DNA of 64,000 bases from Flavobacteriales bacterium (GTDB taxonomy: Bacteria > Bacteroidota > Bacteroidia > Flavobacteriales_F > PHOS-HE28). Shown piece by piece: positions 50,944 to 60,954 of the stretch. Under the pieces are notes generated by a model, which worked only from the letters and a program-made list of their open reading frames with translations, did not search any database and was not told the origin of the DNA. The translations under genes were made by a program, and so were the position numbers. The stretch lies in the NCBI GenBank assembly GCA_041391845.1, contig JAWKNG010000008.1:11962-75961 (forward strand), given 5' to 3'. How positions within the stretch are numbered: the first letter of the stretch is position 1; every line of letters begins with the position of its first letter.

Positions 50944-52505
50944 GGACGTTCAAAGTTGGCGCCTCACGCTCCCTCCCCAACAACCCCCGCGCATCCACCT
51001 TCTCGCCCACGATCCGTTCCACCTCGCTGATGGGCACGCGCTCCTTGCCACGCTGTCGCGCTCGCGGATGGTCACTTTTATCATCCACCAAAGTCTCGTG
51101 GTCCACGGTGATGCAGTAGGGCGTGCCGATGGCGTCCTGGCGGCGGTAGCGCTTGCCGATGCTGTCCTTCTCGTCGTACTGGCAGTTGTGGTCCAGCTTC
51201 AGGCGGTCCATGATGGCGCGGGCCTTCTCGGGCAGCCCGTCCTTCTCGATCAGCGGCAGCACGCCACTTCACGAGGCGCCAGCGCCGCCGGGATGCGCAG
51301 CACTACGCGCTCCTCACCGTTCTCCAGCTTCTCCTCGTCGTAGGCCGCGCTCAGGATGGCGAGGAACATAAGTGGTCCAGGCCGATGCTGGTCTCCAGCA
51401 CGTGGGCACGTAGCTCTCGTTGGCCTCGGGGTCGAAGTAGGTGAGCTTGCGACCGCTGTACTTCTCGTGGTTGGCCAGGTCGAAGTCGGTGCGGCTGTGC
51501 ATCCCCTCCAGCTCCTTGAAGCCCATGGGGAACTTGAACTCGATGTCGCAGGCCGCGTCGGCGTAGTGCGCCAGCTTGATGTGGTCGTGGAAGCGGTAGT
51601 TGTCCGCGGGCAGGCCCAGGGCGCGGTGCCAGGCCATGCGCTTGATCTTCCAGTGTCGTACCACTCCTGCTGGGTGCCGGGCTTGATGAAGAACTGCATC
51701 TCCATCTGCTCGAACTCGCGCATGCGGAAGATGAACTGCCGCGCCACGATCTCGTTGCGGAAGGTCTTTGCCGGTCTGCGTGATGCCGAAGGGACCTTCA
51801 TGCGCGCGCTCTTCTGCACGTTCAGGAAGTTCACGAAGATGCCCTGGGCGGTCTCCGGGCAGGTAGATGGTGCTGCCTCGCCGCTCACGCTGCCCAGCTC
51901 GGTGGCGAACATCAGGTTGAACTGGCGCACATCGGTCCAGTTGCCCGTGCCGCTGATGGGGCACTCGATCTCCTCGTCGACGATCAGTTGGCGCACGGCC
52001 ACCAGGTCGTTGGCCTCCAGGGTGGCCTTCATGCGGCTTTCCAACGGCATCGATGCGTTCCTCGGCTGCGTGCTTCACGTTAGTTGGTGGCGCGGAACTG
52101 CGCCTCATCGAAGGCCTCGCCGAACTTCTTGCGGCCCTTCTCCACCTCCTTCTCGATCTTGTCGGCATACTTGGCCATGTGCTCTTCCAAGAGCACGTCC
52201 GCACGGTAGCGCTTTTTGCTGTCCTTGTTGTCGATGAGCGGGTCGTTGAAGGCGTCCACGTGGCCGCTGGCCTTCCAGGTGGTGGGGTGCATGAAGATGG
52301 CCGCGTCGATGCCCACGATGTTCTCGTTGAGCTTGGTCATGGCCTCCCACCAGTAGCGGCGGATGTTGTTCTTCAGCTCCACGCCGTACGGACCGTAGTC
52401 GTAGGTGGCGCTCAGGCCGTCGTAGATCTCGCTGCTGGGGAACACGAAGCCATACTCCTTGGCATGGCCGATGAGGGTCTTGAGGCGGTCTTCCTGATTG
52501 CTCAT
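50894..52505 (-). pseudogene. glyQS: glycyl-tRNA synthetase (class II, alpha2 glyQS type) disrupted by multiple frameshifts
   Basis: Recognisable GlyRS segments are spread over three frames: the N-terminus [31 protein letters not shown]…FRATN* (52080-52505); …CPISGTGNWTDVRQFNLMF…ETAQGIFVNF… and KTFRNEIVARQFIFRMREFEQMEMQFF… (another frame); FGITQTGK… and …FHDHIKLAHYADAACDIEFKFPMGFKELEGMHSRTDFDLANHEKYSGRKLTYFDPEANESYVP… (third frame); and the anticodon-binding C-terminus …DSIGKRYRRQDAIGTPYCITVDHETL…. In-frame stops separate them. Confidence 0.75.
51013..51078. repeat. direct repeat copy B, inside the 3' end of the glyQS pseudogene
   Basis: Aligns to 49921-49997 with indels; on the minus strand it encodes the GlyRS C-terminal region (…VTIRERDSV…ERVPISEVERIVGEK…). 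Confidence 0.75.
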
Positions 52506-52652
52506 GATGGGGTGCGAACGCTCTGGAAACCTTCAGCGTCGCGGCGGCAAAGATGCGCAGTTCGTGGCGTTCAGTTGGGAGTTGGGGCCATAACGCGTCC
52601 ATTTGGTGCCACCGCCAAGCAACAGTTCCACCCCCGTAGCTTCGCCCCACCC

Positions 52653-53243
52653 ATGATCGAACACCGCGGCACCCTCATTTCCGAAGACCTCTTCGAGCAA
52701 CGCTTCGTCTGCGACCTCAACGCCTGCAAGGGCGAATGCTGCGTGGCCGGCGAGAGCGGTGCCCCCTTGGAGGCCGATGAGGAGGCCCTGCTGAAGGAGC
52801 TCTGGCCCAAGATCCGCCCCTACATCCCCGAAAAGGGCCAGCGCGCCATCGACCAGCACGGGGTGAGCGAGGTGGATGACGACGGCGATCTGGTGACCAC
52901 CCTGGTGGAAGGGCGTGGCGAGTGTGCCTTCACCGTGTTCGATGAGAAGGGCATCGCGCTGTGCGGCATCGAAAAGGCCTGGAAGGACGGTGCCATCCCC
53001 TTCCGCAAGCCCATCAGCTGCCACCTGTACCCCATCCGCATCACCCAGCTGAAATTCCACGAGGGGCTCAACTACCACCGCTGGCCCATCTGCAAGCCGG
53101 CGTGCAGCTGCGGCAAGAAGCTCGATGTGCCCGTGTTCCGCTTTCTGAAGGACGCCCTCACCCGCAAGTACGGCGCGGAGTGGTACGCCGAGCTGGAGGA
53201 GATCCATGCGGCGTGGCTGGAGCAGCAGGCGAAGCGTCCCTGA
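52653..53243 (+). CDS. DUF3109-family protein
   Basis: MIEHRGTLISEDLFEQRFVCDLNACKGECCVAGESGAPLE…CHLYPIRI… is a Cys-rich DUF3109 signature; the long upstream ORF extension is antisense to glyQS and is not coding. Confidence 0.75.
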   Translation: MIEHRGTLISEDLFEQRFVCDLNACKGECCVAGESGAPLEADEEALLKELWPKIRPYIPEKGQRAIDQHGVSEVDDDGDLVTTLVEGRGECAFTVFDEKGIALCGIEKAWKDGAIPFRKPISCHLYPIRITQLKFHEGLNYHRWPICKPACSCGKKLDVPVFRFLKDALTRKYGAEWYAELEEIHAAWLEQQAKRP

Positions 53244-53743
53244 TCGGTCGGGTGGGGAGGAAGTGCCGCAGGCCATAGATACCGCAGGGTACGGTTCGTT
53301 GCCCACTGCTGTGGCCCGTGGAACATGCGTTCGTTGGATGCGTTGGGGCTGGAAGCCTGAAGATCGTGCTTGGCTGCTGTGTGGTGCCCGCGTGGAACAC
53401 AACGGGGACGGGCATTGTACCGTGGTGTCATCGCGGTATCGCCCTGCTACTGCGCGGTCCGCAGATTGTTAACCGATCGTGAAAAGAAAAGGCTTGCAGG
53501 GTTGCGCAATGGATCCCTGCCGCGTCGTTGTTGGGATACGCGGCCGTGTTGAAAACTCCGGAAACTTACCCGCCTTCGATCCTTGTGAGGGCCTGCGCAG
53601 CGATCCAATTTTGTAACCCGACGACGACGCCCCCGGAACAGCTCCACTGACCGGGTCGACATCGGCGGGAACCGTAGACGTACCAAGACATTTTTTTGAA
53701 CGGGGTCAACCCCGAACGAACCTCTCTTCCCCCGAACAAACCC

Positions 53744-54781
53744 ATGAGCAACACCAGCAAGCCCACCCAGATGAGCATGGAGGAACTCCTCCCCACCCAC
53801 GCGGCCGATGCCCATGAGCCCCTCCTGAAGGAGAACAAGGACCGCTTCGTCATCTTCCCCATCCAGCACCACGACATCTGGGAGTTCTATAAGAAGCATG
53901 AAGCGGCCTTCTGGACCGCCGAGGAGATCGACCTCCACGCCGACCTGGTGGATTGGGCCGACAAGCTCAACGACGACGAGCGCTACTTCATCAAGCACAT
54001 CCTCGCCTTTTTCGCCGCCAGCGACGGCATCGTGAACGAGAACCTCGCCGAGAACTTCCTCCACGAGGTGCAGTACCCCGAGGCGCGCTTCTTCTATGGC
54101 TTCCAGATCATGATGGAGAACATCCACAGTGAGACGTACAGCCTGCTCATCGACACCCTGATCAAGGACCCGATGGAGAAGGACCGCCTGCTGCATGCCA
54201 TCGACACGGTGCCCTGCGTGAGCAAGAAGGCCGAGTGGGCCCTGCGTTGGATCAGCAAGGGCAGCTTCGCTGAGCGCCTCATCGCCTTCGCAGCGGTGGA
54301 AGGGATCTTCTTCAGCGGCAGCTTCTGCAGCATCTTCTGGCTGAAGAAGCGCGGCCTGATGCCCGGCCTCAGCTTCAGCAACGAGCTCATCAGCCGCGAT
54401 GAAGGCCTGCACTGCGACTTCGCCTGCCGCCTCTACACCAAGCACCTGCTCAACAAGCTGCCCAAGAAGACCGTGGAGACCATCATCCGCGATGCCGTGG
54501 AGATCGAGAAGGAGTTCGTCACCGACGCCCTGCCCGTGAACCTCATCGGCATGAACGCCAAGCTCATGCAGCAGTACATCGAGTTCGTGGCCGATCGCCT
54601 GCTGGTGGAACTGGGCAACGAGAAGATCTACAACGCCATGAACCCCTTCGACTTCATGGAGATGATCAGCCTGCAGGGCAAGACCAACTTCTTCGAGAAG
54701 CGCGTGGGCGAGTACCAGAAGGCCGGCGTGCTCAACAAGGAGAAGGACCAGACCAAGTTCACGCTGGACGCGGATTTTTAG
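53744..54781 (+). CDS. nrdB: class Ia ribonucleotide reductase small (beta, R2) subunit
   Basis: Di-iron ligands and tyrosyl-radical region (…[13 protein letters not shown]…[12 protein letters not shown]…); C-terminal …DADF is the tail that binds R1. Confidence 0.9.
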   Translation: MSNTSKPTQMSMEELLPTHAADAHEPLLKENKDRFVIFPIQHHDIWEFYKKHEAAFWTAEEIDLHADLVDWADKLNDDERYFIKHILAFFAASDGIVNENLAENFLHEVQYPEARFFYGFQIMMENIHSETYSLLIDTLIKDPMEKDRLLHAIDTVPCVSKKAEWALRWISKGSFAERLIAFAAVEGIFFSGSFCSIFWLKKRGLMPGLSFSNELISRDEGLHCDFACRLYTKHLLNKLPKKTVETIIRDAVEIEKEFVTDALPVNLIGMNAKLMQQYIEFVADRLLVELGNEKIYNAMNPFDFMEMISLQGKTNFFEKRVGEYQKAGVLNKEKDQTKFTLDADF

Positions 54782-54786
54782 TGGTC

Positions 54787-54853
54787 GGCTGACAGTTGTC
54801 TTATGTCCTATGTCGGATCCTGGGTTGCATAGGACATAAGACAACCGTCAGCC
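54787..54853. repeat. 26-bp-stem hairpin (one mismatch, 15-nt loop) in the nrdB-nrdA spacer
   Basis: GGCTGACAGTTGTCTTATGTCCTATG-tcggatcctgggttg-CATAGGACATAAGACAACCGTCAGCC; the stem is unusually AT-rich for this genome. Confidence 0.8.
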
Positions 54854-55032
54854 AGCAGTCCCTCACAATTCACATCACCCGGTTGAAGATCACCCGATCG
54901 ACCGCCGGACCAAAGGGCCTCCGAGCACACCACCTTGTAGGCCCTGTCACTGACAGGAAATTAACCAGCCGGAACGGATCCAGCGGGAGCTGAGGACGGG
55001 CCGGTCCACCAAACCAAACGCATCGATAGAAC

Positions 55033-57549
55033 ATGTATGTAGTAAAGCGCGACGGACGCCGGGAGGCGGTGAAATTCGACAAGATCACCGCCCGTGTGAA
55101 GAAACTGTGCTACGGGTTGGATCCCATGGTGGATGCCACGCAGGTGACCCTCAAGGTCATCGATGGCATCTTCGATGGCGTCACCACCACCGAGCTGGAC
55201 AACCTCACCGCCGAGGTGGCCGCCACCATGACGGTGAAGCACCCGGACTACGCGCAGCTGGCCAGCCGCATCGCCGTCAGCAACCTGCACAAGAACACCC
55301 GGAAGTCCTTCGCCGAGACCATGAAGGACCTCTACAACTACGTGGACCCCAAGACCGGTGAGCGCGCCAGTCTTCTGGCCGACGATGTGCACAAGATCAT
55401 CCAGGACAATGCCGACACCCTGGACAGCGCCATCATCTACGACCGCGACTTCAACTACGACTACTTCGGCTTCAAGACCCTGGAGCGTAGCTACCTCCTG
55501 CGCCTGCACGGCAAGGTGGTGGAGCGCCCGCAGCACATGCTCATGCGCGTGGCCGTGGGCATCCACAAGGGCGATCTGGATAGCGCCATCGCCACCTACA
55601 ACAGCCTTAGCGAAGGCTGGTACACCCACGCCACCCCCACGCTCTTCAACGCCGGCACGCCCAAGCCGCAGATGAGCAGCTGCTTCCTCCTGCAACTGAA
55701 GGACGACAGCATCAGCGGCATCTACGACACCCTCAAGCAGTGCGCCCAGATCAGCCAGAGCGCCGGTGGCATCGGTCTCAGCGTGCACAACCTGCGCGCC
55801 AAGGGCAGCTACATCAAGGGCACCAACGGCACCAGCAACGGCATCGTGCCCATGCTGCGCGTGTTCAACGATACCGCCCGCTACGTGGACCAGGGCGGCG
55901 GCAAGCGCAAAGGCAGCTTCGCCATCTACCTGGAGCCCTGGCACGCTGACGTGTTCGACTTCCTGGAGCTGAAGAAGAACCACGGCAAGGAGGAGATGCG
56001 CGCCCGCGACCTCTTCTACGCCATGTGGGTGCCCGACCTGTTCATGAAGCGCGTGGAGCAGAACGGCGATTGGACGCTGATGTGCCCCAACGAGTGCCCC
56101 GGCCTGGCCGACACCTGGGGCGCCAAGTTCGAGGCGCTGTACGAGCAGTACGAAGCCGAAGGCAAGGGCCGCCAGACCATCAAGGCGCAGGACCTCTGGT
56201 TCAAGATCCTCGAGAGCCAGATCGAGACCGGCACGCCCTACATGCTCTTCAAGGACGCCGCCAACGGGAAGAGCAACCAGCAGAACCTGGGCACCATCAA
56301 GAGCAGCAACCTCTGCACGGAGATCATCGAGTACACCGCCCCCGATGAGGTGGCCGTGTGCAACCTGGGCTCCATCGCCCTGCCCAAGTTCGTGGAGAAG
56401 GGCAAGTTCGATCACCAGCGCCTCTTCGAGGTCACCTACGAGCTCACCCGCAACCTCAACCGGGTGATCGATCAGAACTACTACCCCATCCCCGAGGCGC
56501 GTCGCAGCAACATGCGCCACCGCCCCATCGGCATCGGTGTGCAGGGCCTGGCGGACGCCTTCATCCTCATGCGCCATCCCTTCGACAGCGTGGAGGCCAA
56601 GGTGCTCAACCGCGAGATCTTCGAGACCATCTACTACGCCGCCATGACCGCCAGCAAGGACCTGGCGAAGGAGGAGGGCGCCTACGAGACCTACGCCGGC
56701 AGCCCCATCAGCCAGGGCGTGTTCCAGTTCGACATGTGGGGTGTGAAGCCCAGCGACCGCTGGGAGTGGGACGTGCTGCGCGAGGAGGTGAAGCAGCACG
56801 GCGTGCGCAACAGCCTGCTGCTGGCGCCCATGCCCACGGCCAGCACCGCCCAGATCCTGGGCAACAACGAGTGCTTCGAGCCTTACACCAGCAACATCTA
56901 CACCCGCCGCGTGCTCAGCGGCGAGTTCGTGGTGGTGAACAAGTACCTGCTGCGCGACCTGGTGAAGCTGGGCCTGTGGGACGAGACGCTGAAGAACAAG
57001 ATCATCGCCGCCAACGGCAGCGTGCAGCACATCCCGGAGATCCCCCAGAACCTCAAGGAGCTGTACAAGACCGCGTGGGAGATCAGCCAGAAGGTCATCA
57101 TCGAGATGGCCGCCGACCGGGGCGCCTACATCTGCCAGAGCCAGAGCCTCAACATCTTCATGGAGAACGCCAACTTCGGCAAGCTCACCAGCATGCACTT
57201 CTACAGCTGGAAGGCGGGCCTGAAGACCGGCATGTACTACCTGCGCACCAAGGCCGCCACGGACGCCATCAAGTTCACGGTGGACAAGACGAAGTTGGCC
57301 CAGCCTGCAGCCGCACCGGCACAGCCCGCAGTGGAAGCCTGGGTGCCTGCCCAGGCCGAAGCCCGCAGCGTGTCACCCTCGCTGAGCGGGGTCGAAGCAC
57401 GGGTGACCATGGAAGCCCCGGCGACCCGCATGCCCGAAGCCGTGGCCAGCACCGTCACCGCTGTGGCCATGACCGCCGAGGAGCGCGCCGCCGCCGAGAT
57501 CGCCTGCTCGCTGGATGATCCGGACGGGTGTGTGATGTGCTCGGGGTAG
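55033..57549 (+). CDS. nrdA: class Ia ribonucleoside-diphosphate reductase large (alpha, R1) subunit
   Basis: N-terminal ATP-cone ([22 protein letters not shown]); catalytic region …NLCTEI…; C-terminal redox Cys pair …[14 protein letters not shown]. Confidence 0.95.
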   Translation: MYVVKRDGRREAVKFDKITARVKKLCYGLDPMVDATQVTLKVIDGIFDGVTTTELDNLTAEVAATMTVKHPDYAQLASRIAVSNLHKNTRKSFAETMKDLYNYVDPKTGERASLLADDVHKIIQDNADTLDSAIIYDRDFNYDYFGFKTLERSYLLRLHGKVVERPQHMLMRVAVGIHKGDLDSAIATYNSLSEGWYTHATPTLFNAGTPKPQMSSCFLLQLKDDSISGIYDTLKQCAQISQSAGGIGLSVHNLRAKGSYIKGTNGTSNGIVPMLRVFNDTARYVDQGGGKRKGSFAIYLEPWHADVFDFLELKKNHGKEEMRARDLFYAMWVPDLFMKRVEQNGDWTLMCPNECPGLADTWGAKFEALYEQYEAEGKGRQTIKAQDLWFKILESQIETGTPYMLFKDAANGKSNQQNLGTIKSSNLCTEIIEYTAPDEVAVCNLGSIALPKFVEKGKFDHQRLFEVTYELTRNLNRVIDQNYYPIPEARRSNMRHRPIGIGVQGLADAFILMRHPFDSVEAKVLNREIFETIYYAAMTASKDLAKEEGAYETYAGSPISQGVFQFDMWGVKPSDRWEWDVLREEVKQHGVRNSLLLAPMPTASTAQILGNNECFEPYTSNIYTRRVLSGEFVVVNKYLLRDLVKLGLWDETLKNKIIAANGSVQHIPEIPQNLKELYKTAWEISQKVIIEMAADRGAYICQSQSLNIFMENANFGKLTSMHFYSWKAGLKTGMYYLRTKAATDAIKFTVDKTKLAQPAAAPAQPAVEAWVPAQAEARSVSPSLSGVEARVTMEAPATRMPEAVASTVTAVAMTAEERAAAEIACSLDDPDGCVMCSG

Positions 57550-57610
57550 GGGATGATTAAGGTGATACACTACATGGACAGGTTCATGTTGTTAGAAGGC
57601 GAACAAATAG

Positions 57611-58552
57611 GTGCGCACCCCTAAATTAGATAGTCCATGGTACGAGAAGGGTATCGTTGTTGCGATTGCTCTCTTGTTTTTATTTCCCTTGGGCTTAATT
57701 CTAATGTGGGCAAGCAAGGTCTGGCCCCCATTTGTTCGCTCGATAATTACAGCAGTATTTGGCCTTGTCGCTGTCTTTGTGATTATCGCGATAGAGCCAA
57801 GAGACCAAGAATCCCAAACGGTAGTTAACCCATGTGAATTGGGCTATGGCAAGGCCTTGAAAATCGCCGAGGAAAGAATTGACGGGCTGTATCAAGGAGC
57901 GGCTTGGGTTGCTGATGGCTATGGTATCGCAACGGAGGGTGAGCGTACATTTGCTTTTCTCATATACGCTGTTGGAGAAAAGTGTTGTGTAATGATGGTT
58001 CAATGCGGAGAGGTGGCGGCAGTCGACTGTGGCAATGTTAGTGTGAAGTATCAAGAATTTAAGAACCTAGTTATCACGTCCAATGCTACGGGGGCTGTCT
58101 TCGCATCCCATAAAGAATATCAGGCTGGTAGACTAGCCACAGCTCCAGGAGGAATCTCCCTCCCTGACCATGAGAAAACGAGCAATCGCCAGGAAGCTCC
58201 TGCCAATGCAAAGGCAGAGCCATTGGGATTTGATGGAGCCACGAATGTCATATTGGCCGATGTATTTGGTCATTGGGTGGCAGAATCGAACGATTGCGAA
58301 TCGGAAGGAGGTCTATGGATATACTTGGATGGCGATAGCACAACGATCGGTGGGCAAGAGTGGCATGGAGCGGTTCTCTCTTCAAAACAAGATAAGGACC
58401 GAACACACGTCACGCTCCGAACAGTGGAAGAAGGCATGGAGGGTACGATGGAGATACAGCTTGGAATAAGGCAAGGACGCCTTGTTTTGAATCCAGAATT
58501 TGGCTATTACTGTTGCGGAGATAGAGCGGCTATGCTCCGTCGCTGCCCGTGA
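57611..58552 (+). CDS. hypothetical membrane protein (low-GC island)
   Basis: Two N-terminal TM helices followed by a Cys-containing soluble domain; GC about 45% against a genome at about 63%. Confidence 0.5.
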   Translation: MRTPKLDSPWYEKGIVVAIALLFLFPLGLILMWASKVWPPFVRSIITAVFGLVAVFVIIAIEPRDQESQTVVNPCELGYGKALKIAEERIDGLYQGAAWVADGYGIATEGERTFAFLIYAVGEKCCVMMVQCGEVAAVDCGNVSVKYQEFKNLVITSNATGAVFASHKEYQAGRLATAPGGISLPDHEKTSNRQEAPANAKAEPLGFDGATNVILADVFGHWVAESNDCESEGGLWIYLDGDSTTIGGQEWHGAVLSSKQDKDRTHVTLRTVEEGMEGTMEIQLGIRQGRLVLNPEFGYYCCGDRAAMLRRCP

Positions 58553-59039
58553 GCCGATTGTGCATGAGTTTGTTGTTTGAAGCGATATGCCGGGAAGTCT
58601 GTTCCCAAAGAGTCCCAGAGTTGTTTAGGTCGGGGGACTTTCCTGTGATTCTTGCACGATCCAAATCATTCCTCTGGAGCCATTCGATTGAGGAAGGTAG
58701 AGAGCAGCCTTCAAAAGGCAAGGCTTATTTCATTCGTCGAAGCAGGGGAATTTATTCGATTAATCCAGCCTTTTGGAATTGTAGCTGGCCTCAAAGAAAT
58801 CGATAGTATCTTTACCAATACCAATGTTTTACGAGGCCTTTCTACTCGTACCTTTTTCAATGCACTTAGTGTGAGGTGGTCGGAAAAACGTAAGCCTTCA
58901 GCGAACCACCCCTTGTGAGGCCACAGCCGCCTAGTGAGGTTTGCGCCCAATGAGCTGGACTGAGCGAGCCCAAGAGATGCTGGCGCATGTGGCCGCCTTG
59001 AAGAACAGTGACATGAGTTGAAAGACCTTTTGCATTTGT

Positions 59040-59241
59040 AAGCTCCCCCAAGATCAGGTGCGTGGGATAGTAGAAACCCACCAACAACCTGAACTTTGGG
59101 ACAATGAGAAAGAGCAAATGGACGGAAGCGGAAATCGTAGCGATGCTGCGTGAGCATGAGCAGGGCTGCAAAGTGGCGGACATCTGCCGGGAGCACGGCG
59201 TAAGCCAGCCCCCTCTGCCCGTAGCCTGTGGCTTCGCTCGA
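59040..59241 (+). mobile_element. IS3-family insertion-sequence remnant: left terminal region and truncated OrfA helix-turn-helix
   Basis: TGTAAGCTCCCCC… is a TG-initiated end 64 bp upstream of an ATG at 59104. The encoded MRKSKWTEAEIVAMLREHEQGCKVADICREHGVSQP… is the classic IS3/IS911 OrfA N-terminus. The reading frame is cut at codon 40 where repeat copy 1 begins. Confidence 0.5.
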
Positions 59242-59368
59242 TAAGTTCCGGAGCATGGTAGCCTGTGGCTGCCGTTTCAGAAATCGGTGCCAAGAAAGAC
59301 AAGTCAGCCAGGTGCCCACAGGCTACGGAGAGCCTACGCTGTTGTGCGCAGCCGCAGGCTACGCGTAG
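59220..59368. repeat. nested-palindrome repeat element, copy 1 (about 149 bp)
   Basis: Architecture A (cGTAGCCTGTGGCTtCGC) … B (GGTAGCCTGTGGC) … about 40-nt variable loop … B' (CCCACAGGCTAC) … gagagcctac … A' (GCGCAGCCGCAGGCTACGCGTAG). It shares both ends with the copies at 60160-60298 and 63696-63835. Confidence 0.8.
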
Positions 59369-59375
59369 AGCAGGT

Positions 59376-60092
59376 CTATCGTTCAACTTGACCAGCCAGT
59401 ACCAATCTAGCGTTTCGTGCACTACACTCTCGGAGGTTGTACCTGGCGAACTCGAGCTCAAGCTGAGTGCTCGTTTTAGCGTGGAGCATAACATGAACCT
59501 CAGGCATACGTTGCTCACGTATCGGTGGTAAGCCACATTGATGCAACATCATGTCCACGCGCTCAGCTAGGAGCTTCACTTGAGGGTCAACCATGACCCG
59601 GAACATCACTGAATCAAAATCTGGAATGCGCTGATTCGATTCAAGTTCATCGATTCGACGTTGCAAACCACCAACAAGCATTGCAGCGCGTTCTTTGTAG
59701 GCTTCATAATCAGCTAGGAGCTGTTGCTTAGTCAATGCCTCGAGTCGAAGATTCTCCTTCAGGTCATACTCCCTTCGAGCCGCACTATCGAGCTTTAGGC
59801 TCATGGTATCCTTCCTGTTCTCCATTACGTCATACTTGTAATCGGCTACAAGAAATGCTGTAAGCGCATTCTCTTTAATGGCTTGTTCCAGAAGTTGTTC
59901 ATTCGTATCCTGCATTTCAGCACTGAGTTGCTTCCACTGCTGGAAGGCGAAGAATCCTGGTACAAGCACTCCGAGCAGTCCGATAACAGTAACTATCAAA
60001 GCGCTATGTCTAATCCAGAACTTCTTCGAGTCGCTGAGCTGGGCATCAATCAGCGCATTGCGTTTGCGCAGCATTTCATCTAGATCGCTCAT
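59376..60092 (-). CDS. hypothetical membrane-anchored coiled-coil protein (low-GC island)
   Basis: 238 aa; one TM helix (ALIVTVIGLLGVLVPGFFAF) then coiled-coil sequence; bounded on both sides by repeat copies 1 and 2. Confidence 0.5.
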   Translation of the reverse strand: MSDLDEMLRKRNALIDAQLSDSKKFWIRHSALIVTVIGLLGVLVPGFFAFQQWKQLSAEMQDTNEQLLEQAIKENALTAFLVADYKYDVMENRKDTMSLKLDSAARREYDLKENLRLEALTKQQLLADYEAYKERAAMLVGGLQRRIDELESNQRIPDFDSVMFRVMVDPQVKLLAERVDMMLHQCGLPPIREQRMPEVHVMLHAKTSTQLELEFARYNLRECSARNARLVLAGQVER

Positions 60093-60159
60093 CCGTTGCT
60101 TTCGAATTGAGCTTCCAAGATAGGGTAACTACGCCTGCTGGTTGTAAAGTGTTTCTGTG

Positions 60160-60298
60160 CGTAGCCTATGGCTGCGCTACATAAGAACAGCACATCGGTA
60201 ACCTATGTCTACTTGTAGCAGCGGTCAAAGTCAAGAGTCGGGTAGCCACAGGTTGCAGAGGGCCTACAGTGTTGCGTGTAGCCGCAAGCTACGCGCAG
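60160..60298. repeat. nested-palindrome repeat element, copy 2 (more diverged)
   Basis: CGTAGCCTATGGCTGCGCTAC…GGTAACCTATGTC…GGTAGCCACAGGTTGC…GCCTACAGTGTTGCGTGTAGCCGCAAGCTACGCGCAG. Confidence 0.75.
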
Positions 60299-60318
60299 AA
60301 GAACGGAGCAGAGACTGA

Positions 60319-60954
60319 CTAAAAGGTGCTATTTCGTTCGTACCAAGGCTTCTGGTCTTCCCGTAAAAAGTAAGCACTAATACCTACGTGAAAAATAAAC
60401 CCTATAACGCTTGAAAGAGCTAGTATTGGAAGTAAAACATTTTTAGAATAGTCCGAATGTATATATATAATTATGCAGGAAATGTATCCTGCTGAAAGAA
60501 CAAATGAATGCATGAATGTCGTTATGCCGACTATGTTATTCTTTGCAGTCAACGCCTTTGACGCCAAATATCCCCAAACTCCTGTAGCAACTCCATGAGA
60601 CCAGATTAACAATGGGATAAGGCTTTTGTCGTTTGAAATACTCAAAAAATAATGGAAACAAAAATACGCCGAAAGAAAAACAATTAAACTAAAATATAAA
60701 GAAGAAAAAGTTTCGACTAGAAAGCCAAGCCATGGAAATCCTTTCTTTTGAATAACTTGCGCCAAATATTTGAATAACGAACCCGGTAGTAGGACAATAG
60801 TAATCAAGAAAGAAGAGGTTATGACAGCCGCAAAGCCAATACCAATAGCAATCCATTCGCCTAAAAAAGCGAGCCATATCCCAGAAACGATGACGCCTAT
60901 TAAGCTAATTGCTGTAAGTGGCGCGAGAACTACTTTTAGAATCCGTTCGAACAT
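60319..60954 (-). CDS. polytopic integral membrane protein (hypothetical; GC about 35%)
   Basis: 211 aa, six predicted TM helices, very AT-rich codon usage unlike the host. Confidence 0.55.
   Translation of the reverse strand: MFERILKVVLAPLTAISLIGVIVSGIWLAFLGEWIAIGIGFAAVITSSFLITIVLLPGSLFKYLAQVIQKKGFPWLGFLVETFSSLYFSLIVFLSAYFCFHYFLSISNDKSLIPLLIWSHGVATGVWGYLASKALTAKNNIVGITTFMHSFVLSAGYISCIIIYIHSDYSKNVLLPILALSSVIGFIFHVGISAYFLREDQKPWYERNSTF

Noticed and set aside
51250-52204. Separate ORFs 51250-52050, 51314-52204, 52080-52505 and 50894-51262, listed as if independent genes
   Set aside because: All are frames of one glycyl-tRNA synthetase pseudogene; they are reported once as a pseudogene.
53283-53310. 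Cobalamin riboswitch (B12 box-like CCCACTG) in the nrdB leader
   Set aside because: Only a partial B12-box match. The AGGGAA / GGTG…AATCC core elements are absent at the correct spacing. The idea is kept only as a low-interest note.
58549-59100. ORFs 58549-58806(+), 58652-58918(+), 58530-58721(-), 58866-59183(-)
   Set aside because: Mutually overlapping short ORFs in a degraded stretch between the hypothetical membrane protein and the IS3 remnant; no domain signal. Probably non-coding decay products.
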